From Candidatus Hermodarchaeota archaeon (lineage in GTDB: Archaea; Asgardarchaeota; Lokiarchaeia; Sigyniarchaeales; SOKP01): a stretch of 45,860 bases of DNA. This document shows positions 18,897-29,273 of this stretch, in pieces. The stretch is taken from NCBI GenBank assembly GCA_048885535.1, contig JBHLLO010000003.1:40030-85889 (forward strand). The letters run 5' to 3'. Both the position numbers and the translations under genes were made by a program. Every line of letters starts with the position of its first letter. Position 1 is the first letter of the stretch. Below the pieces are notes generated by a model that searched no databases, was not told the origin of the DNA, and worked only from the letters and a program-made list of their open reading frames with translations.

Positions 18897-20358
18897 AACA
18901 TAATACCCCTGGATTTAGTATATTATTTGGGTCAAAAATCTTCTTAACTTTTTTTAAAGCTATAACCGTTTCTTCGTTATGATGATTATATATTTCATTT
19001 GCCAAGAGTCCATACGGTCTGTTAAAAAATGCACCCTGCTGTATTAATTGATTACAAATTTCTAAGAATTTGTCTTTAAAAGTATCTAAATTCTTAATAT
19101 CGTTAGGATCATAATAAATATCAAATTCACAATGATATGAGGTTCCCTGATTAATGGGCTGAACGTATATACCTATATCAAATGGAAGCTGTTCTTCAAC
19201 TAGATTCGTGAAGATAGATATTTTTTCAAAACTTGATAAAAAGAATATATCTTGGTATGCTCCCTTTAGTCTTAATCGCCATGGATTTGAATCAGCTTCA
19301 TTTAATATTTTCAAAATAGATTTTTCTTCGATTAAATTATCACTTTTCAAAATAGAGAATCGCTTTTCTTTTAAGATATCATTAATGTCTGCCTCAAGAT
19401 AAGAAACTTTATCTTGTGCTAACTTACCTCTCCCAGATAATACGTAAATTAAATTCCATTTGTCTAATCGTTTAGTTAAAAGTTTAATTTCACTAGGTTC
19501 TTGATTTAAGAGACATGCTAAATTAAGGTTATTCAAAATAAATAGCTCATCACATAAACGGTATTTAAGTAATTCATATTGAAAATCTAATAATTCTGAT
19601 ATGCTTTTCGAGTGGAAATGATATACCTTTTGAATTGTGGGAGAATACTCTAATTTCAAAGTCGCCCATGTCACAATTCCTAAACTTCCTTGTGCTCCTT
19701 GTAATAATCTAAATGGACTAAATTGAGTAGGACCCATCGGATTTACATGTGCTTGTCCTGACTTTTTTTGCTGTTTGATTGTTCCTGGACTTGCAGCAGT
19801 ACCCGTTCTAAACAAATCTCCCGTTCCAAAAACTACTTCAGTACATAGTAATGGATCTGAACTATCCCAATGATAACGTGGGATAATAATTGGTTCCTTT
19901 TCAAGAGCAGTGGTAAGAACTGACTTTGTATTTTTAGGATAAAGAGGTAATAATAATCTTAACCCTTCTTTTCTCAATTTAGGTATTAACTCTTCAAATG
20001 TAACACCAGGCTCTATCATCACAACCCTGTTTTTCTTATCAATAGAAATTACTTTTTTCATCTTAGATAAATCAATGATAATACTATTCTCTTTTCTTGG
20101 AATGGTATCACCATGATGTCTAAGTATAGAATTTGAGCTAACAGGAATAACTGAAAAGTTCATGCTATTTGCTAGTTCCAAAATTTTTACTATTTGTTTT
20201 GTTTTGAATGGCCAAACCACCAAATTTGGAAGTGTTCCTTGTAAAAAACTCATATCTTTAGAATATTTCTCTAGAATCTCTATTTTATTACTGACATTTT
20301 TGGATCCACAGATATTTATTAATTTATGAAACAAAATCTTGTTATTTAGCACAATCAT
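18886..20358 (-). CDS. FAD-linked oxidoreductase (GlcD/VAO-PCMH family), second paralog
   Basis: IDLSKMKKV, IEPGVTF, EVVFGTGDLFRTG, GAQGSLGIVT, KKIFDPNNILNPG. Confidence 0.9.
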   Translation of the reverse strand: MIVLNNKILFHKLINICGSKNVSNKIEILEKYSKDMSFLQGTLPNLVVWPFKTKQIVKILELANSMNFSVIPVSSNSILRHHGDTIPRKENSIIIDLSKMKKVISIDKKNRVVMIEPGVTFEELIPKLRKEGLRLLLPLYPKNTKSVLTTALEKEPIIIPRYHWDSSDPLLCTEVVFGTGDLFRTGTAASPGTIKQQKKSGQAHVNPMGPTQFSPFRLLQGAQGSLGIVTWATLKLEYSPTIQKVYHFHSKSISELLDFQYELLKYRLCDELFILNNLNLACLLNQEPSEIKLLTKRLDKWNLIYVLSGRGKLAQDKVSYLEADINDILKEKRFSILKSDNLIEEKSILKILNEADSNPWRLRLKGAYQDIFFLSSFEKISIFTNLVEEQLPFDIGIYVQPINQGTSYHCEFDIYYDPNDIKNLDTFKDKFLEICNQLIQQGAFFNRPYGLLANEIYNHHNEETVIALKKVKKIFDPNNILNPGVLCFDN

Positions 20359-20474
20359 ATCCCCTTTAAGAGAGTAAAGATCAACAATTTTTTAATCCTT
20401 AAAGATATTTTGATTAATATAATTAAGTTAGCTTTAAATAAGGATAATATCAATCTCTTTTTATATAAAAAAAA

Positions 20475-21893
20475 ATGGGTGAAAAATTGAAAAATTTTGA
20501 TATAATAATCGTGGGTGCTGGACCTGGAGGCTCTATGACTGCAAAAGTTGCTGCTGAAAAAGGACTTAAAGTTATACTTTTTGAGAGAGGTCGTAAGCCT
20601 GGTGAAAAAAATTCATCTGGTTGTGGGTTAGGGCCACGAATGTGGAAAGAATTTCCAGATATGATGAAACACTTAACTCCTGAAACATGTCCTTCTCTCA
20701 GAGCTGGAGCTGCTGCTCGAAATTATTTCATTAACAATGAAGGTGAAGTAGCTGGCTTTGTCATGGCGCGACCTACTAAGTCTGTATCATATGAACCTGC
20801 TAAAAGTTGGATAACTATGAATTGTTATAGAAGTGAGTTTGATCCTTGGATAGCAGAGTTTGCCACTAAAGCGGGTGCCGAATTAAAGACTTCGACATTG
20901 ATTGTCGATCTCTTAAAAGAAGAAGGTAAGATATGCGGTGTTATTGATGAAAATGGAATGAAATACAATGCTCCAATTGTTATTGGAGCTGATGGTGCAG
21001 TCTCGATAGTAGCTAGAAAGAGTGGTTTGCGATCAAAATGGGCTTTAGATCAAATCACAATTGTGCCTCAATATGATTTTTATGCACCTCCTAATAAAAT
21101 TGACGATATTATGGGGGACGAGGCACTTGCTGTTTGGTGGTCAGCAATATTTCCTGCATCTTATCAAGTATTTTTTCATAATGGCTTTCATCAAGGTTTA
21201 GGAAACTGGTTGGATAAATGGGATAAAAACCCATTATTTTATCTAAATCGTGTTATTGGTTTAAAGTATTATCAAAGATTATTAAAAATATTGGAAGCTA
21301 AACCAAGAGAATTACAATCCCACCTTTTACCTTGGTTAAAATATCCATATAACACACATACTGATAATATTATTCTAGTTGGAGATGCTGGAGGATTTCC
21401 TTGTCCACTTGAAGCTGAAGGAATATATCCTGCTATGGTAACTGGAAAAGTGGCGGCAGAAGTTGCAGCTGATGCAATAAGCTCAGAAGATTATTCAAAA
21501 GTTAAGCTCTCCAGATTTGATGAATTATGGAAGAATACAAGTATTGGAGAGGAATTTGAAGCGGGAGAAGAGTTATATAACATTTGGAAAGCAATGCCTT
21601 TTAGCCCTAAAGAAACAATGAGTTGGTTTGTCCCTATGTTTATGGAAGTCATAGGAGGGATTTACGATTGGTCACAACCACATGCTAAACGGGTTCGCCA
21701 AATTGCTGCTCATATTAAATCATACATGCCAAAAGCCTTACCATTTATCATGAAATATGTTTTTCCCCTCGTTGCGAAAATCTTTGAAGACGATCTTGAT
21801 AAACTAATGGATCCTCAAAAATTAATGTCAGCAATTCCAAAAATAATGGAGTTGCTTCCAAAGAAGAAAAAGTTAAGGAGGGATAATTTATGA
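20475..21893 (+). CDS. FixC-like / geranylgeranyl-reductase-family flavoprotein
   Basis: DIIIVGAGPGG, ERGRKPGEKNSSG (FixC-like), R.EFD.W.A..A..AGA, IGADG, LVGDAGG, EGI..AM..G..AA. Confidence 0.85.
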   Translation: MGEKLKNFDIIIVGAGPGGSMTAKVAAEKGLKVILFERGRKPGEKNSSGCGLGPRMWKEFPDMMKHLTPETCPSLRAGAAARNYFINNEGEVAGFVMARPTKSVSYEPAKSWITMNCYRSEFDPWIAEFATKAGAELKTSTLIVDLLKEEGKICGVIDENGMKYNAPIVIGADGAVSIVARKSGLRSKWALDQITIVPQYDFYAPPNKIDDIMGDEALAVWWSAIFPASYQVFFHNGFHQGLGNWLDKWDKNPLFYLNRVIGLKYYQRLLKILEAKPRELQSHLLPWLKYPYNTHTDNIILVGDAGGFPCPLEAEGIYPAMVTGKVAAEVAADAISSEDYSKVKLSRFDELWKNTSIGEEFEAGEELYNIWKAMPFSPKETMSWFVPMFMEVIGGIYDWSQPHAKRVRQIAAHIKSYMPKALPFIMKYVFPLVAKIFEDDLDKLMDPQKLMSAIPKIMELLPKKKKLRRDNL

Positions 21894-22159
21894 GGATACA
21901 AATTGAAGATTTAACAGAGCATATATCAGGAACAGGTGATTTTATCTCGATTGATATTGATAGATGCAATAAGTGTGATAAATGTCTTCAAGTATGTTTA
22001 GTTAATTTATGGCATAAAAGTGACAATAGAATTTACATTTCTGAAGATTATAAAAAGAAATGTTTAGAATGTGCTGCCTGTTATCAAGTATGCGAAACTG
22101 GAGCAATATATTTTCAATATCCTCGAGGAGGTACGGGAATAGTCTATAAAAGGGGTTAA
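21890..22159 (+). CDS. FixX-like 2[4Fe-4S] ferredoxin
   Basis: CNKCDKCLQVC and CLECAACYQVC, FixX-type C-terminus YPRGGTGIVYKRG, ATGA-type overlap with the upstream gene. Confidence 0.85.
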   Translation: MRIQIEDLTEHISGTGDFISIDIDRCNKCDKCLQVCLVNLWHKSDNRIYISEDYKKKCLECAACYQVCETGAIYFQYPRGGTGIVYKRG

Positions 22160-22304
22160 TTTCATTTAAAGGTTTTTTTTCGAAGCATTCCATAAACATA
22201 GAGCTCCGAATGAAGAACTTGTCCTTTCTCAACAAGTTTGAATACTAGATTTTCATAGAAATGGTAAAGATTTCTAATTTTGAAAAGCTTATCCTACGGT
22301 AATT

Positions 22305-23300
22305 TCAAGCCAAAATGTATTTAGCTTGGTCAGCTGAACCTAAAACTTCTTTATTTTTTCTTTTTACCATCTCAATAAGTTCTTGTCGTGCTAGACCGAG
22401 ATATTGTCTTGGATCAAAATGGTCTGAGTGTTCAAATAAATATTTTCTTACTATAGCAGTAAAAAGTAAGCGACTATCAGTTGCTATGTTTATTTTACAA
22501 ACCCCATATTCAGTTACTTTTTTCAGTTGATTCTCTGGAACCCCGAAAGCTTTGATAATTGATCCTCCATAAGAATTTATCATCTCTATTGGACTTTGCA
22601 ACACTGAGGATGCTCCGTGTAGTACGATAGGGAATTTACCCAATTTCTTCCTAACCTCTTGAAGAATATCAAATCTGAGTTCAGGTATATCTTGTTCGTT
22701 TTCTACCTTAAATTTGTAAGCTCCATGAGACGTTCCAATAGCTATAGCTAAAGAATTACATTCAGTTCTACTTACAAATTCCTCTACTTGCTGTGGGTCG
22801 GTGAATTGGGGAGTATTCAATTTATATTTATTATTCGGTCTGCTTACTATACCTAATTCGGCTTCAACGCTGACATCTTTCTTCCGAGCATATCTTACAA
22901 CTTCTTTTGTAAGGGAGATATTTTTTTCATAATCTAAATGACTTCCATCAATCATAACGCTTGAAAATCCATTTTCTATGCAGGATTTACATAAATCAAA
23001 AGAATCTCCATGATCTAAATGTAGTGTTATTGGTATCTCATAACCAAAATTTTTTACCATTTCAGTAATTCCTTTCCCTAGGTATCTAAGAATGGTAGCA
23101 TTTATATACGTTAGCGATTTAGGATTAATTTGTAATATTAATGGGGAATTAGATTCACAACATCCTACTGTTACTGCTTGAATTTGCTCCAGATTACTAA
23201 CATTATAACCAGGAATAGCAAAATTTCTTTTTAAAGCTACCTCGAACATCTTTTTAGTATTTAAGAACCCTAATTCTTTAAATGAAACCATACTTGTCAC
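22305..23300 (-). CDS. fba: Class II (type B) fructose-bisphosphate aldolase family
   Basis: YNVSNLE, LHLDHG, GFSSVMIDGS, VEAELG, AIGTSHGAYKF, VLHGASS, KINI, FDPRQYL. Confidence 0.88.
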   Translation of the reverse strand: MTSMVSFKELGFLNTKKMFEVALKRNFAIPGYNVSNLEQIQAVTVGCCESNSPLILQINPKSLTYINATILRYLGKGITEMVKNFGYEIPITLHLDHGDSFDLCKSCIENGFSSVMIDGSHLDYEKNISLTKEVVRYARKKDVSVEAELGIVSRPNNKYKLNTPQFTDPQQVEEFVSRTECNSLAIAIGTSHGAYKFKVENEQDIPELRFDILQEVRKKLGKFPIVLHGASSVLQSPIEMINSYGGSIIKAFGVPENQLKKVTEYGVCKINIATDSRLLFTAIVRKYLFEHSDHFDPRQYLGLARQELIEMVKRKNKEVLGSADQAKYILA

Positions 23301-23369
23301 TTCTTATAAGTATAAAAATATATAAGTATGAAAAAGCTTAAAAGTTGAAGAGTTAAATATTTTTTTATA

Positions 23370-24302
23370 ATGAAAGCAGAAACGTTTCGAATTGATATTC
23401 ATCATCATATTGTTCCACCTATCTATTTATCATCACTTGCCAAATTTGATATTACAAAGGTTAGCAGTTCAAGCTTTCCTAATTGGAATCCAGAACAAAG
23501 TCTCGAATTAATGAATCGCCAAAATATAGCAATGGCTTTAACCTCAATATCTTCTCCAGGAATCTTCTTCGGTGATATCGATTTCACTAAGAATTTAGCA
23601 CGTTTGTGTAATAATTATTTAGCAAATTTAATACAGAAGTATCCAAAACATTTCGGAGGTTTTGCTATCTTGCCTCTTCCTGATTATGAAGCATCGCTAC
23701 AAGAATTAGAATTTGCATTAGATACATTAAAATTGGATGGCATAGGAATGCTGACAAACATTAATGGTAAATATATTGGGGATCCTGAATTTAAAGATAT
23801 CTTTTCAGAATTGAATAAGCGAAACGCAGCAGTTTTTATTCATCCAAACTCTCCTCCTGTGGAAAAACTACCTAATCTCAATTTTCCAGTTTCTGTTTTA
23901 GAATTTGTATTTGATACTACTAGAGCATTTGCTAATCTCTTGCATAATGATATATTTAAAAAATTCCAAAATATAAAATTCATTTTTGCTCATGCTGGAG
24001 GGACTGCACCCTATATTGCGTGGAGAATTACATTTGGTAATAATAGATTGAAGAAGTTATTCCAAAAGCTTTACTATGACACAGCTCTATCCGCTACTAA
24101 AAATGTTTTTCGCTCTCTTATGGAATTAGCTGATATTTCGCACATCCTTTTTGGCACTGATTATCCATTCGTTCATGAAATAGTAGTAAAGGAAATGATC
24201 CAATCGATTTCTGCTAACCAAGATTTCGATGAAGAAACACGTCTTAAGATAGAACAAAAAAACACATTGTCACTTTTCCCTAGGCTTAGATCCAACTTTT
24301 AA
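23370..24302 (+). CDS. Amidohydrolase_2 family (ACMSD / aromatic-acid decarboxylase-like)
   Basis: IDIHHH, VFIHP, FVFDTTRA, HAGG, YYDTA, LFGTDYPF. Confidence 0.88.
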   Translation: MKAETFRIDIHHHIVPPIYLSSLAKFDITKVSSSSFPNWNPEQSLELMNRQNIAMALTSISSPGIFFGDIDFTKNLARLCNNYLANLIQKYPKHFGGFAILPLPDYEASLQELEFALDTLKLDGIGMLTNINGKYIGDPEFKDIFSELNKRNAAVFIHPNSPPVEKLPNLNFPVSVLEFVFDTTRAFANLLHNDIFKKFQNIKFIFAHAGGTAPYIAWRITFGNNRLKKLFQKLYYDTALSATKNVFRSLMELADISHILFGTDYPFVHEIVVKEMIQSISANQDFDEETRLKIEQKNTLSLFPRLRSNF

Positions 24303-24354
24303 AAAGACAGGTACTCATACCTTAATTCTTCAAAGAAAATCTAAAAAATAGATT

Positions 24355-25287
24355 CTAATCGAACTTTATTTTTAACTTTTGAGTAATTTCCTTATATCTT
24401 GAACGTAGAGTCACTTCAGTAATTCCTACTAAATCGGCTATTCGATTTTGAGTAAAAGGTAATTTTTTAAGTTTACAGCTAATATATATAGCTGCTCCTA
24501 CAATACCTTTTGGATCTTTTCCACTTGTACCAAAATTTGAATTAAAAACTTTGACTATTTTTGCAGCCAAAGTTTCAATTTCTGAAGATAATCCTAGTTC
24601 TGCGATATATCTTGGAATAAGAGTTACTGGATTAGTATTTGGTGCCTTTAGCTTTAATTCACGAATTAAAACGCGGTAACATCTTCTAACATTTTTATCT
24701 TTTTCAGCTGTTTCGTTTAAAATCTCATGAAGCGTTCTAGATACTTTATATTTTCGGATTGAATAATAAAGACAGGCTGCAATCATAGAATTTATTGACC
24801 TACCACGAAGTAATTTACGTTTAAATGCTTCTCTATAGAGCTTCATAGCTTCTTCTTTTACATGACCAGGTAAATTTAGATTATTGGCAATTCTCTTTAA
24901 TTCAGTTGTTGCAATTAATACATTTCGTATTTCCCATTTCATTCGTGTATCCCATTTTACTGCTCTCTTTAAATCGGGATTTTTGATTTTCTTTCTATCA
25001 ATAGTTGTAGTCATCCCGATATCTGGTACTAGTCCTGAAATAGGCGAACCAGTTGTCTCTCTCTGGGATTTCTCTTCCTTACTGTAAGCTCTTCTTCCGC
25101 TATGCGAAAAGTCAACACTTTTCTCTTGTATTACTAACCCACATTGGTTGCACACAACATCTCCCGTTTCTTGGATTGTAATTAAAGTGCCCTCACATTC
25201 GGGACATAACCTAATAATTTTTTTTACGTAGACTGCATTCATTTTATCATCACTGTAAATATTTTTTAAAGTTAAGTATAAAAACAT
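24355..25287 (-). CDS. tfb: Transcription initiation factor IIB (TFB); likely start ATG 25242
   Basis: Zn ribbon CPEC...CNQCG, cyclin repeats RGRSI...AACLY and GKDPKG..GAAIYI, TQ..IA...GITEVTLR.RYKE. Confidence 0.95.
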   Translation of the reverse strand: MFLYLTLKNIYSDDKMNAVYVKKIIRLCPECEGTLITIQETGDVVCNQCGLVIQEKSVDFSHSGRRAYSKEEKSQRETTGSPISGLVPDIGMTTTIDRKKIKNPDLKRAVKWDTRMKWEIRNVLIATTELKRIANNLNLPGHVKEEAMKLYREAFKRKLLRGRSINSMIAACLYYSIRKYKVSRTLHEILNETAEKDKNVRRCYRVLIRELKLKAPNTNPVTLIPRYIAELGLSSEIETLAAKIVKVFNSNFGTSGKDPKGIVGAAIYISCKLKKLPFTQNRIADLVGITEVTLRSRYKEITQKLKIKFD

Positions 25288-25313
25288 AAAAAAATTAAAT
25301 TTCTAATAATCAA

Positions 25314-26321
25314 TTATAATCCTACTGCTTGTAATTTTTTAACTAATTCTTTTTGGGGCTTATTTAGTTTTTCAGGAACTTTAATCTTTATTTTAACTAA
25401 TAGATTACCTCTTTCGTTGGAATTTATTTTAGAAAATCCTTGATTTCTCAACCTTAAAAGGGATCCATCGCTAGTTACTGGTGGAACTGTTACATTTAAT
25501 GTATTTTCGATTCCTGGAACCGTAATTTTACCACCTAATATTGCAACTGAAAAAAATATTTCTTGTTCTATATAAAGATCATCTCCCCTTCTTTCAAAAA
25601 TCGGATGAGGTTTTATATGTACCGCAATATATAAATCTCCTGAAGAGCCTCCGTTTTCTCCCGGCATTCCTTTTCCTTTTAGCCTTAACTTTTGGTCATC
25701 TTTAATACCTTTAGGTACATTAACCGTTAAGTTTTTCATTTCACCAGATAAAGGATCCTTATATTGAATCCTCATTTTACCACCATAAAAGGCATCCATA
25801 AAATTAATCTCCATATCATATCGTAAATCATCTCCCTCTCTTGGATAGCTATATGAATTTGTACGAGCTCTTGTACTGCCAGTGCCTTTTCGTGTAAACA
25901 CATCAAAAATATCTCCTAAATCATTAAAAAAGTCAAACCCTCCCGCTTTTGATGATCTATTATTGCCAAATATCTCATTAAAATCAAACCCTCCTGGGTT
26001 ACCTGACGTCGAATAATAATAGTTTGTGCTTCCATCTGGACTTGTATATACTCTTCCACCTCTTGGAAAACCTTCAGTCCATTGTTGATGAGAAGATGGA
26101 TCCCCGTCTACTACTCCAAATTTGTCGTACATTTCTCGCTTTTTGTCATCACTTAAAATACTATAAGCTTCATTTATTTCTTTGAATTTTTCACCCGATT
26201 TTGGTTCATCTGGATTCACATCTGGATGATATTTACGAGCCATCTTCCTAAAAGCTCTCTTTATTTCTTCTTTTGTGGCATTTTTTGGTAAATCTAAAAT
26301 TTGATAATAATCCTTCCTCAT
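25314..26321 (-). CDS. dnaJ: DnaJ/Hsp40 co-chaperone lacking the Zn-finger (class II, CbpA-like)
   Basis: KDYYQIL, HPD motif, G/F-rich linker, C-terminal domain; no CxxCxGxG repeats. Confidence 0.92.
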   Translation of the reverse strand: MRKDYYQILDLPKNATKEEIKRAFRKMARKYHPDVNPDEPKSGEKFKEINEAYSILSDDKKREMYDKFGVVDGDPSSHQQWTEGFPRGGRVYTSPDGSTNYYYSTSGNPGGFDFNEIFGNNRSSKAGGFDFFNDLGDIFDVFTRKGTGSTRARTNSYSYPREGDDLRYDMEINFMDAFYGGKMRIQYKDPLSGEMKNLTVNVPKGIKDDQKLRLKGKGMPGENGGSSGDLYIAVHIKPHPIFERRGDDLYIEQEIFFSVAILGGKITVPGIENTLNVTVPPVTSDGSLLRLRNQGFSKINSNERGNLLVKIKIKVPEKLNKPQKELVKKLQAVGL

Positions 26322-26375
26322 CTTCCAAACCCCTTTATCTAATATTATAAAAAAATAAAATTAAAAAAAAAGGAA

Positions 26376-28298
26376 CTATTCATATTCAGCATCTACTACA
26401 TCATCTTGACCAGTGGCTCTCCTAAATTGCTCCTCTTCGATTTCGTCTTGCGATTTCCCATAGTTACTGCCTTGACTTGTACCTCCCATTCCTCCAGGAG
26501 TGGTTCCTTGATAAGCCCCTTGATATGGACCTTGTTGTTGACCATAAATACGCGCTGAGACTTCATGTAGTGATTGTTGTAGTGTTTCTATTGATTTTTT
26601 AATCCTTGATACATCATCTGATTCCATAGCACTTCTTAGCTCAGATATTTTTCCCAAGATATTAGTCTTAAGATCTCCAATTACTTCTGTATTCTCGTTT
26701 AACAATTTCTCTGTTTGATATATAAGAGCTTCTGCTTGGTTCTTAGCTTCTGTCAATTCTTTGAATTTTTTATCTTCTTCAGCATATCTCTCAGCCTCTC
26801 TAACTTTTCGATTAATTTCATCTTCAGGCATTTTCGTTGAAGCTGTAATAGTTATACTTTGACTCTTTCCAGTTCCTTTATCTTTCGCTGAGACATTTAA
26901 GATACCATTTTGGTCAATATCAAATGTAACTTCAATCTGAGGCACACCCCGTGGTGCAGGCGGAATCCCTGTTAAATGAAATTTTCCTAGTGTTATATTA
27001 TCCGCAGCTCTTGGTCTTTCTCCTTGTAAAACATGAATTTCAACAGCAGGTTGATTATCTGCAGCAGTACTGAAAATTTCAGTTTTTCGCGTTGGAATCG
27101 TTGTATTTCTTTCAATTAATTTAGTAAAAACGCCTCCTAGTGTTTCAACCCCTAAGGATAAAGGAGTCACATCAAGTAATAATAAATCTTCAACTTCACC
27201 TGTTAATACACCACCTTGAACTGAAGCACCCATTGCAACACATTCCATAGGATCAATACTTCTTTCTGGCTTTGTACCTAAAAAACTTTCAAATTTCTCT
27301 TGGACACTAGGCATTCTGGTGGGACCTCCAACTAATATTACTTTATCAACCTGTCCTTTCTTTAGATCTGCATCACTCAAGGCTTTAATTATTGGCGCTT
27401 CTAGTCTCTTTAATACAGGATCAATTAGCTGCTCTAGTTTTGCTCGTGTAATTGTTAAATTAAGATGTTTAGGACCTGCATCTGTAGCTGTTATATATGG
27501 CAAATTTATATCTGTCGTGATTGAGGTTGATAATTCAATTTTAGCTTGTTCTGCGGCTTCTCTAATCCTTTGTATTGCCATAGAATCCTTTCTTAAATCA
27601 ATTCCTTCTTTAGTTTTGAATTCATCAACAATATAGTCAACTAGAATTCTATCCATGTCAGTACCTCCAAGTTGAGTATCACCAGCAGTGGAAATGACTT
27701 CAAATACCTGATTATCCATTTCCATTATAGTGACATCAAAAGTACCACCGCCAAGGTCTAAAACAGCAATCTTTAAGCGTGCATTTTTCTTATCTAATCC
27801 ATAAGCTACAGCTGCGGCAGTTGGTTCGTTAATTAAACGTCGAACGTTTAATCCCGCGATCTTTCCCGCATCTTTTGTAGCTTGTCTTTGATTATCATTA
27901 AAGTATGCTGGTACAGTAATTATAGCATCTGTTACTTCCCCTCCTAAATAAGCACTTGCATCTTCTTTGATCTTGCGTAAAATCATAGCTGATATTTCTT
28001 GCGGAGTATAATCTTTTCCATCAATAGTGATCTTATAAGAGGTTCCCATTTTACGTTTTATTGCAGTAATTGTTCGATCTGGATTTGATATTGCTTGTCT
28101 TCGTGCAGGTTCTCCTACTAATCTCTGCCCATCTTTTGTAAATGCAACCACTGATGGAAATGCTTTTCCACCTAAAGTATTACCTTCAGCACTCGGAATA
28201 ATTGCTGGTTTACCACCAATTAATACAGCAGCAGCTGAATTTGAAGTTCCTAAATCGATACCAATTATTTTTCCCATAAGTTTCACTCTCTTTTTCAA
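26376..28298 (-). CDS. dnaK: Chaperone DnaK/Hsp70 (likely start ATG 28277)
   Basis: [61 protein letters not shown]. Confidence 0.98.
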   Translation of the reverse strand: MKKRVKLMGKIIGIDLGTSNSAAAVLIGGKPAIIPSAEGNTLGGKAFPSVVAFTKDGQRLVGEPARRQAISNPDRTITAIKRKMGTSYKITIDGKDYTPQEISAMILRKIKEDASAYLGGEVTDAIITVPAYFNDNQRQATKDAGKIAGLNVRRLINEPTAAAVAYGLDKKNARLKIAVLDLGGGTFDVTIMEMDNQVFEVISTAGDTQLGGTDMDRILVDYIVDEFKTKEGIDLRKDSMAIQRIREAAEQAKIELSTSITTDINLPYITATDAGPKHLNLTITRAKLEQLIDPVLKRLEAPIIKALSDADLKKGQVDKVILVGGPTRMPSVQEKFESFLGTKPERSIDPMECVAMGASVQGGVLTGEVEDLLLLDVTPLSLGVETLGGVFTKLIERNTTIPTRKTEIFSTAADNQPAVEIHVLQGERPRAADNITLGKFHLTGIPPAPRGVPQIEVTFDIDQNGILNVSAKDKGTGKSQSITITASTKMPEDEINRKVREAERYAEEDKKFKELTEAKNQAEALIYQTEKLLNENTEVIGDLKTNILGKISELRSAMESDDVSRIKKSIETLQQSLHEVSARIYGQQQGPYQGAYQGTTPGGMGGTSQGSNYGKSQDEIEEEQFRRATGQDDVVDAEYE

Positions 28299-28307
28299 TT
28301 TTTTAAT

Positions 28308-28979
28308 TTAGTTTTTTGTATTTGATTTTAATTTTGATATTTTAACCCCCGCGGGTTTCAATATTACGTTATTTAAATAATAACCTTTATCAATTTCTTC
28401 AATTATAGTATTTTCAGGAAGATTGTCATCCTCTTCAACCATAAGAGCTTCATGTTTGTAAGGATCAAACACTTGCCCTTCGCAATTCATTGCACTCACT
28501 CCCTCTTCTTCAAGCATTTTCTCAAAGTTCTTTACAATCATCTCAAATCCCTTCTTAATATGGTCATCATTCTGTAATGTCTCTAAAATCTTTAATGCCC
28601 TTTGCAAATCTTCGTAGTGTTTAATCATTTTTCTCAGTATATTCTCCTTTACTCGTAATGTATATCTTTCATTTTCACGTTGATTCGATTTTTTATAATT
28701 TTCAAAATCTGCTTGAACTCTTATTAATGAATTCAAATATTTTTCTGTCTTTTCTTGTAATTCTTTAAGCTTTCTTCCATCATTCATCTCTTCAAGTTGG
28801 TTATTTAACTCTGTATTTTTAGTTTCAATTTCCTTAAATTTTTTAATTAGCACTTGATATCGCTCAGCCATTTCCCTTAATTGCCTATATTCAGATTTTG
28901 ATATAGTAATCTTATTATAAGGGTCCTCTAATGACCTTCTACCATTGATAAATTCATCATAAAAATCTTCAAATACCAT
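28308..28979 (-). CDS. grpE: Nucleotide exchange factor GrpE
   Basis: RVQADFENYKK, FDPYKHEAL, KGYYL...LKPA.V; lies upstream of dnaK. Confidence 0.93.
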   Translation of the reverse strand: MVFEDFYDEFINGRRSLEDPYNKITISKSEYRQLREMAERYQVLIKKFKEIETKNTELNNQLEEMNDGRKLKELQEKTEKYLNSLIRVQADFENYKKSNQRENERYTLRVKENILRKMIKHYEDLQRALKILETLQNDDHIKKGFEMIVKNFEKMLEEEGVSAMNCEGQVFDPYKHEALMVEEDDNLPENTIIEEIDKGYYLNNVILKPAGVKISKLKSNTKN

Positions 28980-28999
28980 AATTTTTAATCAACTTATTT

Positions 29000-29038
29000 T
29001 TGTCAATAAATTGTTTTTTGTCAATAGTCTGTTGACAA
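29000..29038. promoter_or_regulatory. Candidate repressor operator of the grpE-dnaK-dnaJ operon
   Basis: Inverted repeat TTGTCAA-N7-TTGACAA at 29018-29038 plus an extra half-site TTGTCAA at 29000-29006. Confidence 0.6.
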
Positions 29039-29055
29039 TAATATGTTAAAAAAAG

Positions 29056-29070
29056 TATTTAAATGTTTCG
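29056..29070 (-). promoter_or_regulatory. BRE/TATA promoter of the grpE operon
   Basis: The minus strand reads CGAAAC-ATTTAAATA. Confidence 0.55.
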
Positions 29071-29273
29071 ATTTTATAAAATAAATATCTAAATTTTAGT
29101 TGTCGATTACTTTTGACTCCTAATTTCTTATATCTTCCCGCTATCTAAAGTATACAGACAATTTGGAAAATTCCTTTAACATAAGAATCAATTTAAAGCA
29201 ATTGAAAAAAAAACTTATACTTAAAAAATATCAAGAATAGTATTATTAATACTCACTCTAATAAATTGAAAGT

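Noticed and set aside
20475-21893. Canonical archaeal digeranylgeranylglycerophospholipid reductase
   Set aside because: It lacks the YxWxFP motif and has a FixC-type N-terminus and a FixX partner, so it is called only at family level.
29000-29038. CIRCE or CtsR box
   Set aside because: No CIRCE consensus. The GTCAA core recalls CtsR heptads, but spacing and orientation do not fit the closely spaced direct repeat.
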